A DNA stretch of 64,000 nt from Candidatus Spongiisociaceae bacterium (GCA_965262915.1 OZ253564.1:4192001-4256000); one strand, 5' to 3'. Shown: positions 51,880-61,450, numbered from the stretch's first letter. Program-made: numbers and translations. The notes: generated from the letters alone by a model not told the origin.

Positions 51880-52953
51880 TCAGGAATCCGCGCCCAGGCT
51901 GGCGAACAGCCAGGCGAGGACCAGTCTCGGACGCTGGTTGCGGCGGAGTTGGACCGCGGCGTCCAGAACCAACTCGGCCGAGCGGATCGCCCGCCGGGGA
52001 GGTGTCCTGGCCAACTCGGTAGGTCCGAGGTCGGGATTGCGGACCGGCCCGCCGAACTGGGCGGATACCGAATCGAGATACCACGATGCCAGCATCTCCA
52101 GACCGGTCACCACCAGGGCGTTACCGGTCCGGCGAAGGGCCCGGTCGTGCCGCTCCACCAGTGCCTTGGGCACCGGAGAACCGCGGGACTCGAGCTCGTC
52201 CATCTCCTTGCGCCGACGCTGCTTGATGCCTTCCAGCAGGGGTCGGTGGGCACCCAGCATCTCCTCGGCCAGGCGGAAACCGTCGCCCGGCCGGGGCGTC
52301 ACCAGACCGGGGACCGCCAACCAGCGCCGACGGAATCCGGCGACCTCCTCGTTGGTCACCAGGTCGAGCGCCAATCCGGGACTGCCGCCGGCGATACGGG
52401 CGGTCATGGCGGCTCGGTCGGCCTCGACACCTCGATCCGCCAGGGCGTCGGCCAGGTCCGCGTCGGAGACCCGTCCGAACCTGATGATGCGGCAGCGGCT
52501 GGCGACGGTAGCCGGCAGGTCGTCCTCCGACTCGGCGACGATGATGAACACGGTTCCAGCAGGAGGCTCCTCGAGCGTCTTGAGCAGCGCGTTGGCCGCC
52601 GCCTCTGTCATCGTCGAGGCATCGTCGAAGATGAACACCTTGAACCGGCCCTCCACCGCTCGGAGGCTGGCGCCGGCGATCGCCCGGCGGGCCTGGTCGA
52701 CCCCGAGGGCGGTGCGGCCTTCCGGCCCGATGACCGTGACGTCCGGATGGCAGTGCCTCATCACCCGGCCCCGGCTCCGCTCCGACCCGCCCACCAGCGC
52801 CGCGGCGAAGGCAAGGGCCACGGTCGCCTTGCCGACATTGGACGATCCGGCGAACAGGTAGGCATGGGCGGGCGCGGGCACCTCGTGCTCCAGGTTCGCC
52901 AGCGTGGCCCGGTGTCCGATGATCCCGTCGTAGGTGTTCGTGCCCTCTTTCAC
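51880..52953 (-). CDS. holB: DNA polymerase III delta' subunit
   Basis: HAYLFAG, HPDV, AANALLKTLEEP, TVASRC; follows tmk. Confidence 0.9.
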   Translation of the reverse strand: MKEGTNTYDGIIGHRATLANLEHEVPAPAHAYLFAGSSNVGKATVALAFAAALVGGSERSRGRVMRHCHPDVTVIGPEGRTALGVDQARRAIAGASLRAVEGRFKVFIFDDASTMTEAAANALLKTLEEPPAGTVFIIVAESEDDLPATVASRCRIIRFGRVSDADLADALADRGVEADRAAMTARIAGGSPGLALDLVTNEEVAGFRRRWLAVPGLVTPRPGDGFRLAEEMLGAHRPLLEGIKQRRRKEMDELESRGSPVPKALVERHDRALRRTGNALVVTGLEMLASWYLDSVSAQFGGPVRNPDLGPTELARTPPRRAIRSAELVLDAAVQLRRNQRPRLVLAWLFASLGADS

Positions 52954-53549
52954 AGCCGGGCCTCCACCGCCGCCCGGACATCGGAGATGACCTGGCCGAA
53001 CGAACGCTCGCCATCCACCACCACGAAGCGCGACGGCTCCCGCCGGGCCAACTCATCGAATGCCTCCGCTACCTTGGCAAGGAGGGCGCCGCCTTCCGAC
53101 CCGATGCGATCGGCCCTTTGCTGCCGCGCCAATCCTGTGCGGGGGTCGACGGTGAGGAGAAGCACCATGTCGGGCCAGGTCCCTGCCAGACCTGGTTCGT
53201 TCACCCGGCGGATCCGGTCCACTCCGAGGCCCCGGCCGGCGCCCTGATAGGCGAGGGAGGAATACACGGACCGGTCGCTCACCACCCAGGCGCCTCGTGA
53301 CAGGGCCGGGCGAACGATCTCGTCGACCAGGTGGGCCCGATCGGCCGCGAACAACAGCGCCTCCGCCCAGGGAGCGACCACAGGACCGTCGAGCAGGACC
53401 CGGCGGATCGAGTGGCCGAGCCGAGTACCGCCGGGTTCCCGAACGCACACCACCTCATGGCCCGCCTCCTCGAGGAGGCGGCGGAGCTCCGCCTGGACGC
53501 TGGTCTTCCCGGCCCCGTCGATGCCTTCCAGCGCGATGTAGCGGCTCAC
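52950..53549 (-). CDS. tmk: Thymidylate kinase
   Basis: EGIDGAGKT, REPGGT, DRSVYSSLAYQG. Confidence 0.96.
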   Translation of the reverse strand: MSRYIALEGIDGAGKTSVQAELRRLLEEAGHEVVCVREPGGTRLGHSIRRVLLDGPVVAPWAEALLFAADRAHLVDEIVRPALSRGAWVVSDRSVYSSLAYQGAGRGLGVDRIRRVNEPGLAGTWPDMVLLLTVDPRTGLARQQRADRIGSEGGALLAKVAEAFDELARREPSRFVVVDGERSFGQVISDVRAAVEARL

Positions 53550-53580
53550 CCGAGCCCACCGTTGCGGCCGGTGGCGGCGC

Positions 53581-54948
53581 TCATTCGTCGTAGGGTGTGT
53601 CGCGACGCTTGCCCTTGATCAGGCCGAAGGCACGTGAGGTATCCCTGATCGAGTGGCGTAGCTGCGGCGGCAGATCCGGTCTGATCAGGGCGGACCGGAT
53701 CGCCACCATCGACGCGAGACCCGTTCCGAGGATCAGGGCGCCCGAGAGCGCGAACACGCTGCGGATACCGTTGTCGAGGGGAGGCGGGAAGAGCCCGTCG
53801 AGGGCGGAGGCCACCAGCACGGCCAGGGTGAAGGAGACCAGCATGCCGGTTCTCACCAGCGTGAAGAGGGCAGCGAAGGTACGCCCGCGCAAGGTGTCGT
53901 CGACGACGCCATGGAGATGGGTAAAGCCCATCACGTACGCGAATCCGGTACCCACACCCGCCACGAGCACCCAGCCGGATGCTCCCGTGACCGTACCCGC
54001 AAAGGCCGCCAGACCGATCGACAACCCGGTGACGCCGAGGCTCAGGGCATAGGTCAGGTCGTAGCGGGTCCGGTCGGTGGTGAACATGGCCACCCCTAGC
54101 ATCCCGAGACCCACCCCTACACCCAGAGCGGTTACCAGTACGCCGAAGCCCGTGTCGCCGCCGCCCAGCACATCCTGGGCGAAGGATTGTCCCAGCGGGA
54201 GGAGGGCGCTTCCCCCGAACAGGGCGACCGCCATCCCGAACACCACCCGTCGGACTGTGCGGGTCTGGGTGACGAAGGCAAATCCCTCCACCAGATCGCG
54301 CAGGGGTTGACGCCAGTCGCCCTCGTCGGCTGGCCGGTCGACGCCGCGGTCGGCCAGGGTCGGCTTAGGTATGGCGATGGTTGCCACGATCGCTCCCGAG
54401 ACCATGAAGGTCACAGCATCGAAGGCGAAGGCCAGGTCGGGAGCACGGTCGATCGGACCCAGGATTCCGATGGCGGAGAAGATGGCGGCCAGGCCTGCCC
54501 AGGTAGCGGCCCCTATGGGCGCGGTCCCGTATGCCGCGGCCGCCGAGAGACTGTTGGCCCTCACCAGTTGCTCGCGTTTGATCAGGGTGGGAACCGCGGC
54601 TTCCCGGGCGGGCTGGCGGATCATCGCCAGGATCTCGAGGATCGACGAGATGATGGCGATGGTCACCAGATCGTCGGCAAGCACGAATCCGAGCACCACC
54701 ACGCCCCGGCCCACATCCGAGAGCACCATGACCCACTTGCGGTCCAGCCGGTCGGCGACCACCCCCGCCAGGGAGCCGAGCAGGAGACCGGGTACGATCC
54801 TGCTGATGAGAGGTACGAGGACCGCGCTCCGGCCGCCGATCTGGTTGGCAAGAGCCAGGGTGGCGAAGAAGGTGATCCAGTCGCCCCAGGAAGAGGAGGC
54901 GCTGGCCCACCAGAGCCTCGAGAACGGCCCTCTGCGTAAGAGTTCTAT
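53581..54948 (-). CDS. MFS transporter (start codon non-canonical or lost)
   Basis: In-frame LLRRGPFSRLWWASASSSWGDW, motif A GVVADRLDRK, LRGRTFA; typical MFS-tmk-holB order. Confidence 0.82.
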   Translation of the reverse strand: MELLRRGPFSRLWWASASSSWGDWITFFATLALANQIGGRSAVLVPLISRIVPGLLLGSLAGVVADRLDRKWVMVLSDVGRGVVVLGFVLADDLVTIAIISSILEILAMIRQPAREAAVPTLIKREQLVRANSLSAAAAYGTAPIGAATWAGLAAIFSAIGILGPIDRAPDLAFAFDAVTFMVSGAIVATIAIPKPTLADRGVDRPADEGDWRQPLRDLVEGFAFVTQTRTVRRVVFGMAVALFGGSALLPLGQSFAQDVLGGGDTGFGVLVTALGVGVGLGMLGVAMFTTDRTRYDLTYALSLGVTGLSIGLAAFAGTVTGASGWVLVAGVGTGFAYVMGFTHLHGVVDDTLRGRTFAALFTLVRTGMLVSFTLAVLVASALDGLFPPPLDNGIRSVFALSGALILGTGLASMVAIRSALIRPDLPPQLRHSIRDTSRAFGLIKGKRRDTPYDE

Positions 54949-55049
54949 TACAACCCCCGACCGGTGTCCCGCGAAGCTACCAGGCAGCCGTACCGGACCC
55001 CACAGCCCCCGCGAGCGGATTCCACCGGCGCCCGGGTGCCGTGCCCGTC

Positions 55050-55080
55050 TTGACAGGCTTGCCCTCTACAGATTAATCAT
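55050..55080 (+). promoter_or_regulatory. Possible topA promoter
   Basis: Perfect TTGACA at 55050 followed by AT-rich GATTAATCAT just upstream of the ATG; -10 match imperfect. Confidence 0.35.
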
Positions 55081-55086
55081 GGCTTC

Positions 55087-57684
55087 ATGTCAAGACCTCT
55101 GATCATCGTTGAGTCGGCGACCAAAGCCCGAACCATCGCCGGCTACCTCGGCAAGGGTTACCGGGTGGAGTCCTCGCAAGGTCACATCCGCGATCTTCCC
55201 AACAACGCCAAACAGATCCCGGCCCGTTACAAGAAGGAGCAGTGGGCCAAGAACTGGGGCGTCGACGTGGACCACGACTTCCGACCGCTCTACATCGTTC
55301 CTCCCGAAAGCCGTAAGACCGTCCAGACGCTGAAGCGCCTGGTCAAGGAGGCCTCGGAACTGTATCTGGCCACCGACGAGGACCGAGAGGGGGAGGCGAT
55401 CGCCTGGCATCTGGCCGAGGTGCTCAAGCCGAAGGTGCCGATGCGCCGCATGGTGTTCCACGAGATCACCCCCGCCGCGATCCGGCGCGCCCTGGAGAAC
55501 CCGCGCTCCATCAACGACGACCTCGTCGAAGCCCAGGAAGCTCGCCGGACCCTGGACCGCCTGGTCGGCTACGGGGTGTCGCCGGTCCTATGGCGAAAGG
55601 TGAAGCGGGGTTTGTCGGCGGGCCGCGTCCAGAGCGTGGCGGTCCGGTTGGTCGTGGAGCGGGAGCGCCGACGGATCGCTTTCAGGTCGGCGGGGTTCTG
55701 GAGCATCGAAGGGATCTTCGCTACCGCGACCGGGCAGGCCTTCACCGCCGCTCTGGTGGCTGTCGACGGTACCCGCCCCGCGGCCGGCAAGGACTTCAAC
55801 CAACGGGGCGAGTTGACCACTACGAGGGTCCTGCGGCTCGACGAGACCCGGGCCACGTCCCTGGCGGCCCGGATCGAAGGCGGCCGCTACACGGTTCGAT
55901 CGGTGGAGACCAAGCCCTACACCCGCCACCCCTACGCCCCCTTCCGTACCTCGACCCTCCAGCAGGAAGCCTCCCGCAAGCTGCGGTTCGGCGCCTCCCG
56001 GACGATGATCGCCGCCCAGAGGCTCTACGAGCGCGGCCACATCACCTACATGCGGACCGACAGCACCAACCTATCGGAGACGGCCCTGAAGACCGCCCGC
56101 TCGGAGATCGCCAAGCGCTACGGATCCCAGTACCTGGCCACCAAGCCACGCCGCTACGTCAACAAGGTGAAGAACGCCCAGGAGGCCCACGAGGCCATCC
56201 GCCCGGCCGGCGATTCGTGGAGGACGCCGCAGGAGATATCCGCCCTGGTCGGCGACCGCGACCAGCAGCGCGTGTACCGCCTGATCTGGACCCGGACCCT
56301 CGCCTCCCAGATGGCGCCGGCCCGCGGCATGAGAACCCGCGTCCGGCTCGGTGGCCCGATCACCGGGGGCACCGATGTCGAGTTCGGTGCGTCGGGCCGG
56401 ACGGTGAGCTTCCCCGGATTCCTGCGGGTATACGTCGAGGGGCAGGACGATCCCAAGGCCGATGTCGACGACCGCGAGCGCCATCTCCCCTCGCTGCAGG
56501 TGGATGATCGGGTCGACGCCCGGGACATCGCGGCCAAAGGACACGAGACCCAACCACCCTATCGTTTCACCGAAGCCTCGCTCATCAAGGAACTCGAGGA
56601 CAAGGGCATCGGCCGCCCTTCCACCTACGCTTCGATCATATCCACGATCATCGGGCGCGGCTACGTCTTCAAGAAGGGGACCGCCCTGGTCCCGTCCATC
56701 ACCGGCTTCGCCACCACCCAGCTTCTCGAGCGTCACTTCGAATACCTGGTCGACTTCGGCTTCACCGCCCGGATGGAGGACGACCTCGACAAGATCGCGC
56801 GCGGCGAGGAGGACAAGGTTCCCTGGTTGCACCGTTTCTTCCACGGCAACGGAACCCGGGGACTCCACTACCTCGTGTCGAGCGAGCATGTGGACGGGAT
56901 CGATCCCCGCCAGATCAACTTCAGCGTGGGCGAGGACCCCCAGGGGGTTCCGGTGGTGGTCCGGGTGGGTAAGTACGGTCCCTACGTCGCACGGGGCGAC
57001 GACCGGGCCTCGGTGCCCGAGGACCTGGTGCCCGATGAACTGTCGCTGGAGCGGGCCATCGAGATGCTGGAGGCCCCCCAGGGGGACAAGATCCTGGGAA
57101 CCGACCCCGACTCGGGCCTCACCGTCCTGGCCCGGATCGGCCGCTACGGACCCTACGTGCAGCTCGGCGAGGATATCCAAGGGGCCGGGAAGAAGCCGAA
57201 GCGGGCTGGGCTGTTCCGCAACATGGTCATCGACGAGTTGGCCCTCGACGACGCCCTGCGGCTCCTCTCCCTCCCCCGCCGGGTCGGCAAGCACCCCGAC
57301 ACGGGTGAGGAGATCGTGGCGGGGAACGGACGATACGGGCCCTATCTGAGGATGGGCAAGACGTACCGGAACCTCGACGACCCGCGGCGGCTTTTCGATA
57401 TCACGCTCGAATCAGCGGTCAAGGTTCTCAGCGCCCCCAAACAGACCCGAGGCCGGGCGGCCGCACCCCCGCTCAAGGAACTCGGCAACGATCCGGTGTC
57501 GGGAGGAAAGGTCGTCGTCAAGACGGGCCGGTACGGACCCTACGTGACCGACGGGATCGTCAATGCGTCAGTACGCCAAGACGCTCTCGAGCAACTCGAC
57601 CTCGAGCAGGCTGCCGTCCTACTGGCCCGCCGGAGAGAGAAGCTGAAAGAACAGGGCAAGTGGCCCCCCAAGAAGCGCCGGTAG
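55087..57684 (+). CDS. topA: DNA topoisomerase I with actinobacterial C-terminal repeats
   Basis: IVES, ATDEDREGE, SAGRVQ, ITYMRTD, GRYGPY repeats. Confidence 0.97.
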   Translation: MSRPLIIVESATKARTIAGYLGKGYRVESSQGHIRDLPNNAKQIPARYKKEQWAKNWGVDVDHDFRPLYIVPPESRKTVQTLKRLVKEASELYLATDEDREGEAIAWHLAEVLKPKVPMRRMVFHEITPAAIRRALENPRSINDDLVEAQEARRTLDRLVGYGVSPVLWRKVKRGLSAGRVQSVAVRLVVERERRRIAFRSAGFWSIEGIFATATGQAFTAALVAVDGTRPAAGKDFNQRGELTTTRVLRLDETRATSLAARIEGGRYTVRSVETKPYTRHPYAPFRTSTLQQEASRKLRFGASRTMIAAQRLYERGHITYMRTDSTNLSETALKTARSEIAKRYGSQYLATKPRRYVNKVKNAQEAHEAIRPAGDSWRTPQEISALVGDRDQQRVYRLIWTRTLASQMAPARGMRTRVRLGGPITGGTDVEFGASGRTVSFPGFLRVYVEGQDDPKADVDDRERHLPSLQVDDRVDARDIAAKGHETQPPYRFTEASLIKELEDKGIGRPSTYASIISTIIGRGYVFKKGTALVPSITGFATTQLLERHFEYLVDFGFTARMEDDLDKIARGEEDKVPWLHRFFHGNGTRGLHYLVSSEHVDGIDPRQINFSVGEDPQGVPVVVRVGKYGPYVARGDDRASVPEDLVPDELSLERAIEMLEAPQGDKILGTDPDSGLTVLARIGRYGPYVQLGEDIQGAGKKPKRAGLFRNMVIDELALDDALRLLSLPRRVGKHPDTGEEIVAGNGRYGPYLRMGKTYRNLDDPRRLFDITLESAVKVLSAPKQTRGRAAAPPLKELGNDPVSGGKVVVKTGRYGPYVTDGIVNASVRQDALEQLDLEQAAVLLARRREKLKEQGKWPPKKRR

Positions 57685-57756
57685 GAGAGCGGCTAGGGTT
57701 ACCGGGGAAGCAACGAGGTTCACAGTGCCGAGTCCGGTGCCTCTGGCCGGATCGGA

Positions 57757-57915
57757 CAACCGGATGACCTCGACATCGGCCCTGTGATGACGTCGGATCC
57801 TTAAGTCCCCGGAGACCAGAGGCCAACCCGGCTCCACTGCTCTCGCGTAGATCCGATGGTCGGCGGGATCGCCCGAAGACGACCGAGGCAGCGAGCACGC
57901 GGCCACTACGAGGAC
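57757..57915 (-). pseudogene. C-terminal remnant of a VapC (PIN) toxin
   Basis: SLPRSSSGDPADHRIYARAVEPGWPLVSGDLRIRRH resembles the VapC22-type LP..FPGDPADRLIYATA....LVT.D motif; N-terminal part missing. Confidence 0.72.
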
Positions 57916-58054
57916 CGGCCGGTCCTCACGTGGGTACCAGTCGCGCCACCGTGCCACCATGCTTTGTGATCTTGATCTCCGCGCCCGTTGCTACGTCGTT
58001 AAGCAGGCTCAGGATCCGAGCCTTCGCTTGAGTAACGGTCAACTACATCAACAT
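57916..58054 (-). pseudogene. Phd/YefM-type (VapB) antitoxin pseudogene
   Basis: Hand translation MLM*LTVTQAKARILSLLNDVATGAEIKITKHGGTVARLVPT*GP with two in-frame stops. Confidence 0.78.
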
Positions 58055-58079
58055 ATGTCTGTCATAGTAGGTCAGTCCG

Positions 58080-58553
58080 TTATCGACTCTGTCCAGCCTT
58101 GCATAGATCTCTTCTATCCAGGAGACGTCTGTGACTGTCCTTGAAGCTCTTATACATGAGAGTACTGTATATTCGACCTCTCCGGCCGTCAACCAGGCCC
58201 TTCTTTTTAAAATCCGTCTGTAGCGCCCTATCATTGGAGTATAGGAGCCTAGCAGGGCTGATCTGGGCTAGGGCTATAATGTGTGGATCGTCCGAGATAT
58301 AACCTCCCAAATCTTGGAGCTCTGTCGTCTTTCGATCCACTTCATCATCATCAAATGATAGGGCTTTCCCCGCAAGTAGGGCCTGTCTTATCCACTCCCA
58401 TATCGGAGTCCGGTAGAGCTCTTCACGGAGTTTCCCACCGACTACGAGCGGTAGTTTCCCAGAATCAACGCGATCAAGGAATCTCGTACCAGCCTCATGC
58501 CGATCGGTTCCTTTGAGCTCGTGAGCCACGTTCGCGTCGATAATCGCGCACAT
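58080..58553 (-). CDS. PIN-domain nuclease-like protein
   Basis: IIDANV, REEL, SDDPHIIALA, YSNDRAL acidic motif set; ATG overlaps the ATPase stop (TGATG). Confidence 0.78.
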   Translation of the reverse strand: MCAIIDANVAHELKGTDRHEAGTRFLDRVDSGKLPLVVGGKLREELYRTPIWEWIRQALLAGKALSFDDDEVDRKTTELQDLGGYISDDPHIIALAQISPARLLYSNDRALQTDFKKKGLVDGRRGRIYSTLMYKSFKDSHRRLLDRRDLCKAGQSR

Positions 58554-59914
58554 CAGAGTCCGATAGACCTCCGGCTCTCCTTCATGAAGAACCGGCGATA
58601 ACCTGTCGGAGCCCCCAAAATGTTGCCTTCCTCATCGAATCTTAGCGAATGGATGCGTACGCCTGAGTCAGCGCGCTCGAAGAACAACACCGATACATCA
58701 TCAGGAGTCAACGAAGATGCCCCATCTCGCACATCCATACGGATACGATCGATAATGTGGTCGCTGTGTGTCTCGATTACCAGCTGCCTATCACGGTCGG
58801 CCTCCTGACAGAACAAGCTGCCGAGGGCAGCCTGCGCGCTGGGGTGTAGGTGAACCTCGGGTTGCTGCAACAGGAGTACGTTCGGTGCGTCCTCCCTCAA
58901 GAGCTCGGTCACCAATGGAAGTACCTGGCTTATTCCGTAGCCTACGTCGATCAGATTGTGTCGTGTCCCCTTCCTCTCCGAGGTGGACTGTCGGATCTGG
59001 ATCTGGAACGGCCCACCATCCCTCTCACCGAGTTGTTTGATAAGTATCTCATCGAATAGCCCGGCACCTCTCCCAAAGCCCTCGACCCTACTCCGGAGTT
59101 CTTCCCAGTTAGAGTTGTCCTGGGAGTAAAGGCTGGCGAGATACATCGGAATATAGTCGCCTTCTGGATCCCATGTCGGTCGGGATGGATCATAGGTTCT
59201 GTGGGGCTTAGATCGGACCGGTGCACTGGCAAAGGGGCGTCTCCAAGGAGGCCCATCACAGGAGTGAACCAGTCTCGTGATGGCATCTAGATCTCGCTCT
59301 GTGAAAGCCGGTGAGCCTGATAGGCGTTCGAGAGCACCTTCTCCCGGCACATCCTCGTGGAGATATGGGTGCAAATAGAAGAAGACCGGAGTTAGATAGT
59401 CTTCGAACTCTAACCTACCACCAACCCGTACAAACCGTGGATGTTGATTTATTCTCTGCTCCCAGCTACCTCTGGCTGTCGACAATCGGATCCGATCAAC
59501 ATGATTCCGGTTATAGATCTCCTCAATGGAGTTTTCTCCATGAGAGTAGAACCTCCGTATAGGGATCGGCCTCGTACCTATTTTCTTGAATGTAGTTTCG
59601 AAATACAGCGGGTTCTCATGGATTCCTATATCCTCATCTTTGTGGAAGACTTCAAAGCCTCCTATAAAGCTATCGGTTAGCGAACCGGACTCATTATTGT
59701 CATACGTTATTTCACGAAAGCTTCCTAGATCGTAAGGTTCCTCTTTGAAGTCCGGTATCCGCTGCCCATAGGCAACATCCCAGAGTGCCCTAATCAAGGC
59801 CAAGAAGGAGGTCTTACCTGTGCTGTTCTCACCGATGAGCAGGGTCAATGGGGCCAGACGGGCGGTCTGCTTCTCGTGAAAGCAGCGGTAATTGCCAAGC
59901 GTGATGCTGTCCAT
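58553..59914 (-). CDS. ABC-type ATPase (AAA_15/AAA_21-like, DUF3696-like tail)
   Basis: NYRCF, GENSTGKT, DVGYGISQ, LLLQQPEVHLHP, IETHSDH. Confidence 0.88.
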   Translation of the reverse strand: MDSITLGNYRCFHEKQTARLAPLTLLIGENSTGKTSFLALIRALWDVAYGQRIPDFKEEPYDLGSFREITYDNNESGSLTDSFIGGFEVFHKDEDIGIHENPLYFETTFKKIGTRPIPIRRFYSHGENSIEEIYNRNHVDRIRLSTARGSWEQRINQHPRFVRVGGRLEFEDYLTPVFFYLHPYLHEDVPGEGALERLSGSPAFTERDLDAITRLVHSCDGPPWRRPFASAPVRSKPHRTYDPSRPTWDPEGDYIPMYLASLYSQDNSNWEELRSRVEGFGRGAGLFDEILIKQLGERDGGPFQIQIRQSTSERKGTRHNLIDVGYGISQVLPLVTELLREDAPNVLLLQQPEVHLHPSAQAALGSLFCQEADRDRQLVIETHSDHIIDRIRMDVRDGASSLTPDDVSVLFFERADSGVRIHSLRFDEEGNILGAPTGYRRFFMKESRRSIGL

Positions 59915-59980
59915 TGTTCTGCTCTCCTACGGCTCCGAGCGGCTAAGGCCGAGTCGCCCAAGCGTATCATTCCCCTGTAT

Positions 59981-60337
59981 CTACACCACAACGGTTTGTC
60001 GGGTGAGGTGTTTGGTGATCCGACCCAACACCGCGGGTAGGTCTCTGAAGAAGAGGTCGTCTGCCTTGGCAGTTGTGCATCTGGATCCGATCAGTGTCCA
60101 ATCGATTCGGTCTTTGGCTGCGATCGTCAAGGCAAGCGCTTCGTGCCAGGTTACGAACGTGCCGTCGGTGGTCTGCATGAGACGGTCCATCATGAGGTGG
60201 TTGACCGAGATGACCCGTAATATGAAACCTTCAACCTCTACCATCTCGGGTGGGTCCACACCCAACAGCGTCCGGGTCGGTACCTCGATAGCGATCTCCT
60301 CATCCCCGGAGCCGCAAACCCAATGCCGTCCGTCGCG
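59981..60337 (-). pseudogene. 5'-truncated gene, possibly the C-terminal half of a nucleotidyltransferase-like protein
   Basis: Open frame RDGRHW..IAIEVP..L..VISVNHLMMDRL..IDW begins directly after the upstream gene's stop, with no convincing start or RBS. Confidence 0.45.
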
Positions 60338-61450
60338 CTACTCGACCGGCTCTCCCGAGCCTCGCGCACCTGCTCCGAGCGCAAGGACAGCCAATCCTAC
60401 GCCCGCCCCTACGTAGGGGACCAGCAACAGGACACCCAGCGGAATCGCAGGCAGGACGAACGCGCCGTAGGAACTCAACCGGCCGCGGCCGAGGAGCCGT
60501 CCCAATGTGATCAGCACCGGTACCGGTGCGGTCGACACCAGGTAGAGCAATGCCAGCAGCACCACCGGAAACACCGCCGCACCCGCCAACGCCGACCCGA
60601 TCGCCACCTTCGGTGGACCAAGTAGTACACCGGCGATCGCAACGGCTACGGGTAGTACCAGGATGCCCAGGTGGGCCACTCCGCGCAGTAGTGACCGCAC
60701 CGGGTGGTGGGCCAGGTACGTAACCGATCGTTCGACCTCCTCGGGCCGCAACCGGATCCTGAGAATGCCGTAGGCGAGCAGCAACACGAAGGCAATGAAC
60801 CCGACCATCAGTACAACAGCCCGGAACCTGAAATCAGGAGAGAGGGGAAGGCGACGGACCACGGTGCCGCCGATGACCGCATCGGAGTGGATGATCGCCT
60901 CACGGCTGCTCCTGTATCCCAGGTCCTCGGTTATCCGGGCGTCTTCGAGCACCAGCATCCTTCCCACGGTCATCTCCACATCACGCCCCACCGAACCGGC
61001 AATGGTGGTGGAACCGAACGTGCGGCCGCCCATGTCGTGGCCCACGTCACCCCAGGCGAGCAACGATCTCGACCAGATCAGGGAATCGCCGACGATAGAC
61101 CCGGCGAGGCGGATGTCCCGGCCCAGACCGACCACGTCTCCTCCCACCTCGGAGGCGATCTCGAGGTCCACCCCGGCCAACCGGACCGAACCGTCCACCA
61201 CACCCGTGATGCTTGCTGTAGTGGCGAACCCGATGACGTCGCCCTCCACCCGACCGGAGACCACCAGTCGCTCGGTGGCCAGCACGACCAGATCACCCTC
61301 GATGGTTCCCGCGATCCTCACTACGGAGCCGGCCACGTAGAGAGCCTCCTCCACCACTTCACCTTCCCGGATGAGGAAGATGCCCGCCGAAGCCGTCCGT
61401 AGGGCCTGGGGTACGTCGGCGGCCACCAGCAGCAGCAGGGCCAACCCCAT
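60338..61450 (-). CDS. Bactofilin-like beta-helix repeat protein with C-terminal membrane helices
   Basis: Repeated V/I.G.V.GD units, signal-like N-terminus, about 5 TM segments. Confidence 0.75.
   Translation of the reverse strand: MGLALLLLVAADVPQALRTASAGIFLIREGEVVEEALYVAGSVVRIAGTIEGDLVVLATERLVVSGRVEGDVIGFATTASITGVVDGSVRLAGVDLEIASEVGGDVVGLGRDIRLAGSIVGDSLIWSRSLLAWGDVGHDMGGRTFGSTTIAGSVGRDVEMTVGRMLVLEDARITEDLGYRSSREAIIHSDAVIGGTVVRRLPLSPDFRFRAVVLMVGFIAFVLLLAYGILRIRLRPEEVERSVTYLAHHPVRSLLRGVAHLGILVLPVAVAIAGVLLGPPKVAIGSALAGAAVFPVVLLALLYLVSTAPVPVLITLGRLLGRGRLSSYGAFVLPAIPLGVLLLVPYVGAGVGLAVLALGAGARGSGEPVE

Noticed and set aside
60338-60340. Amber read-through (pyrrolysine or recoding) fusing the bactofilin-like gene to the downstream frame
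   Set aside because: The upstream protein ends naturally after its last helix, composition changes at this point, and no recoding machinery is visible; a junction is simpler.
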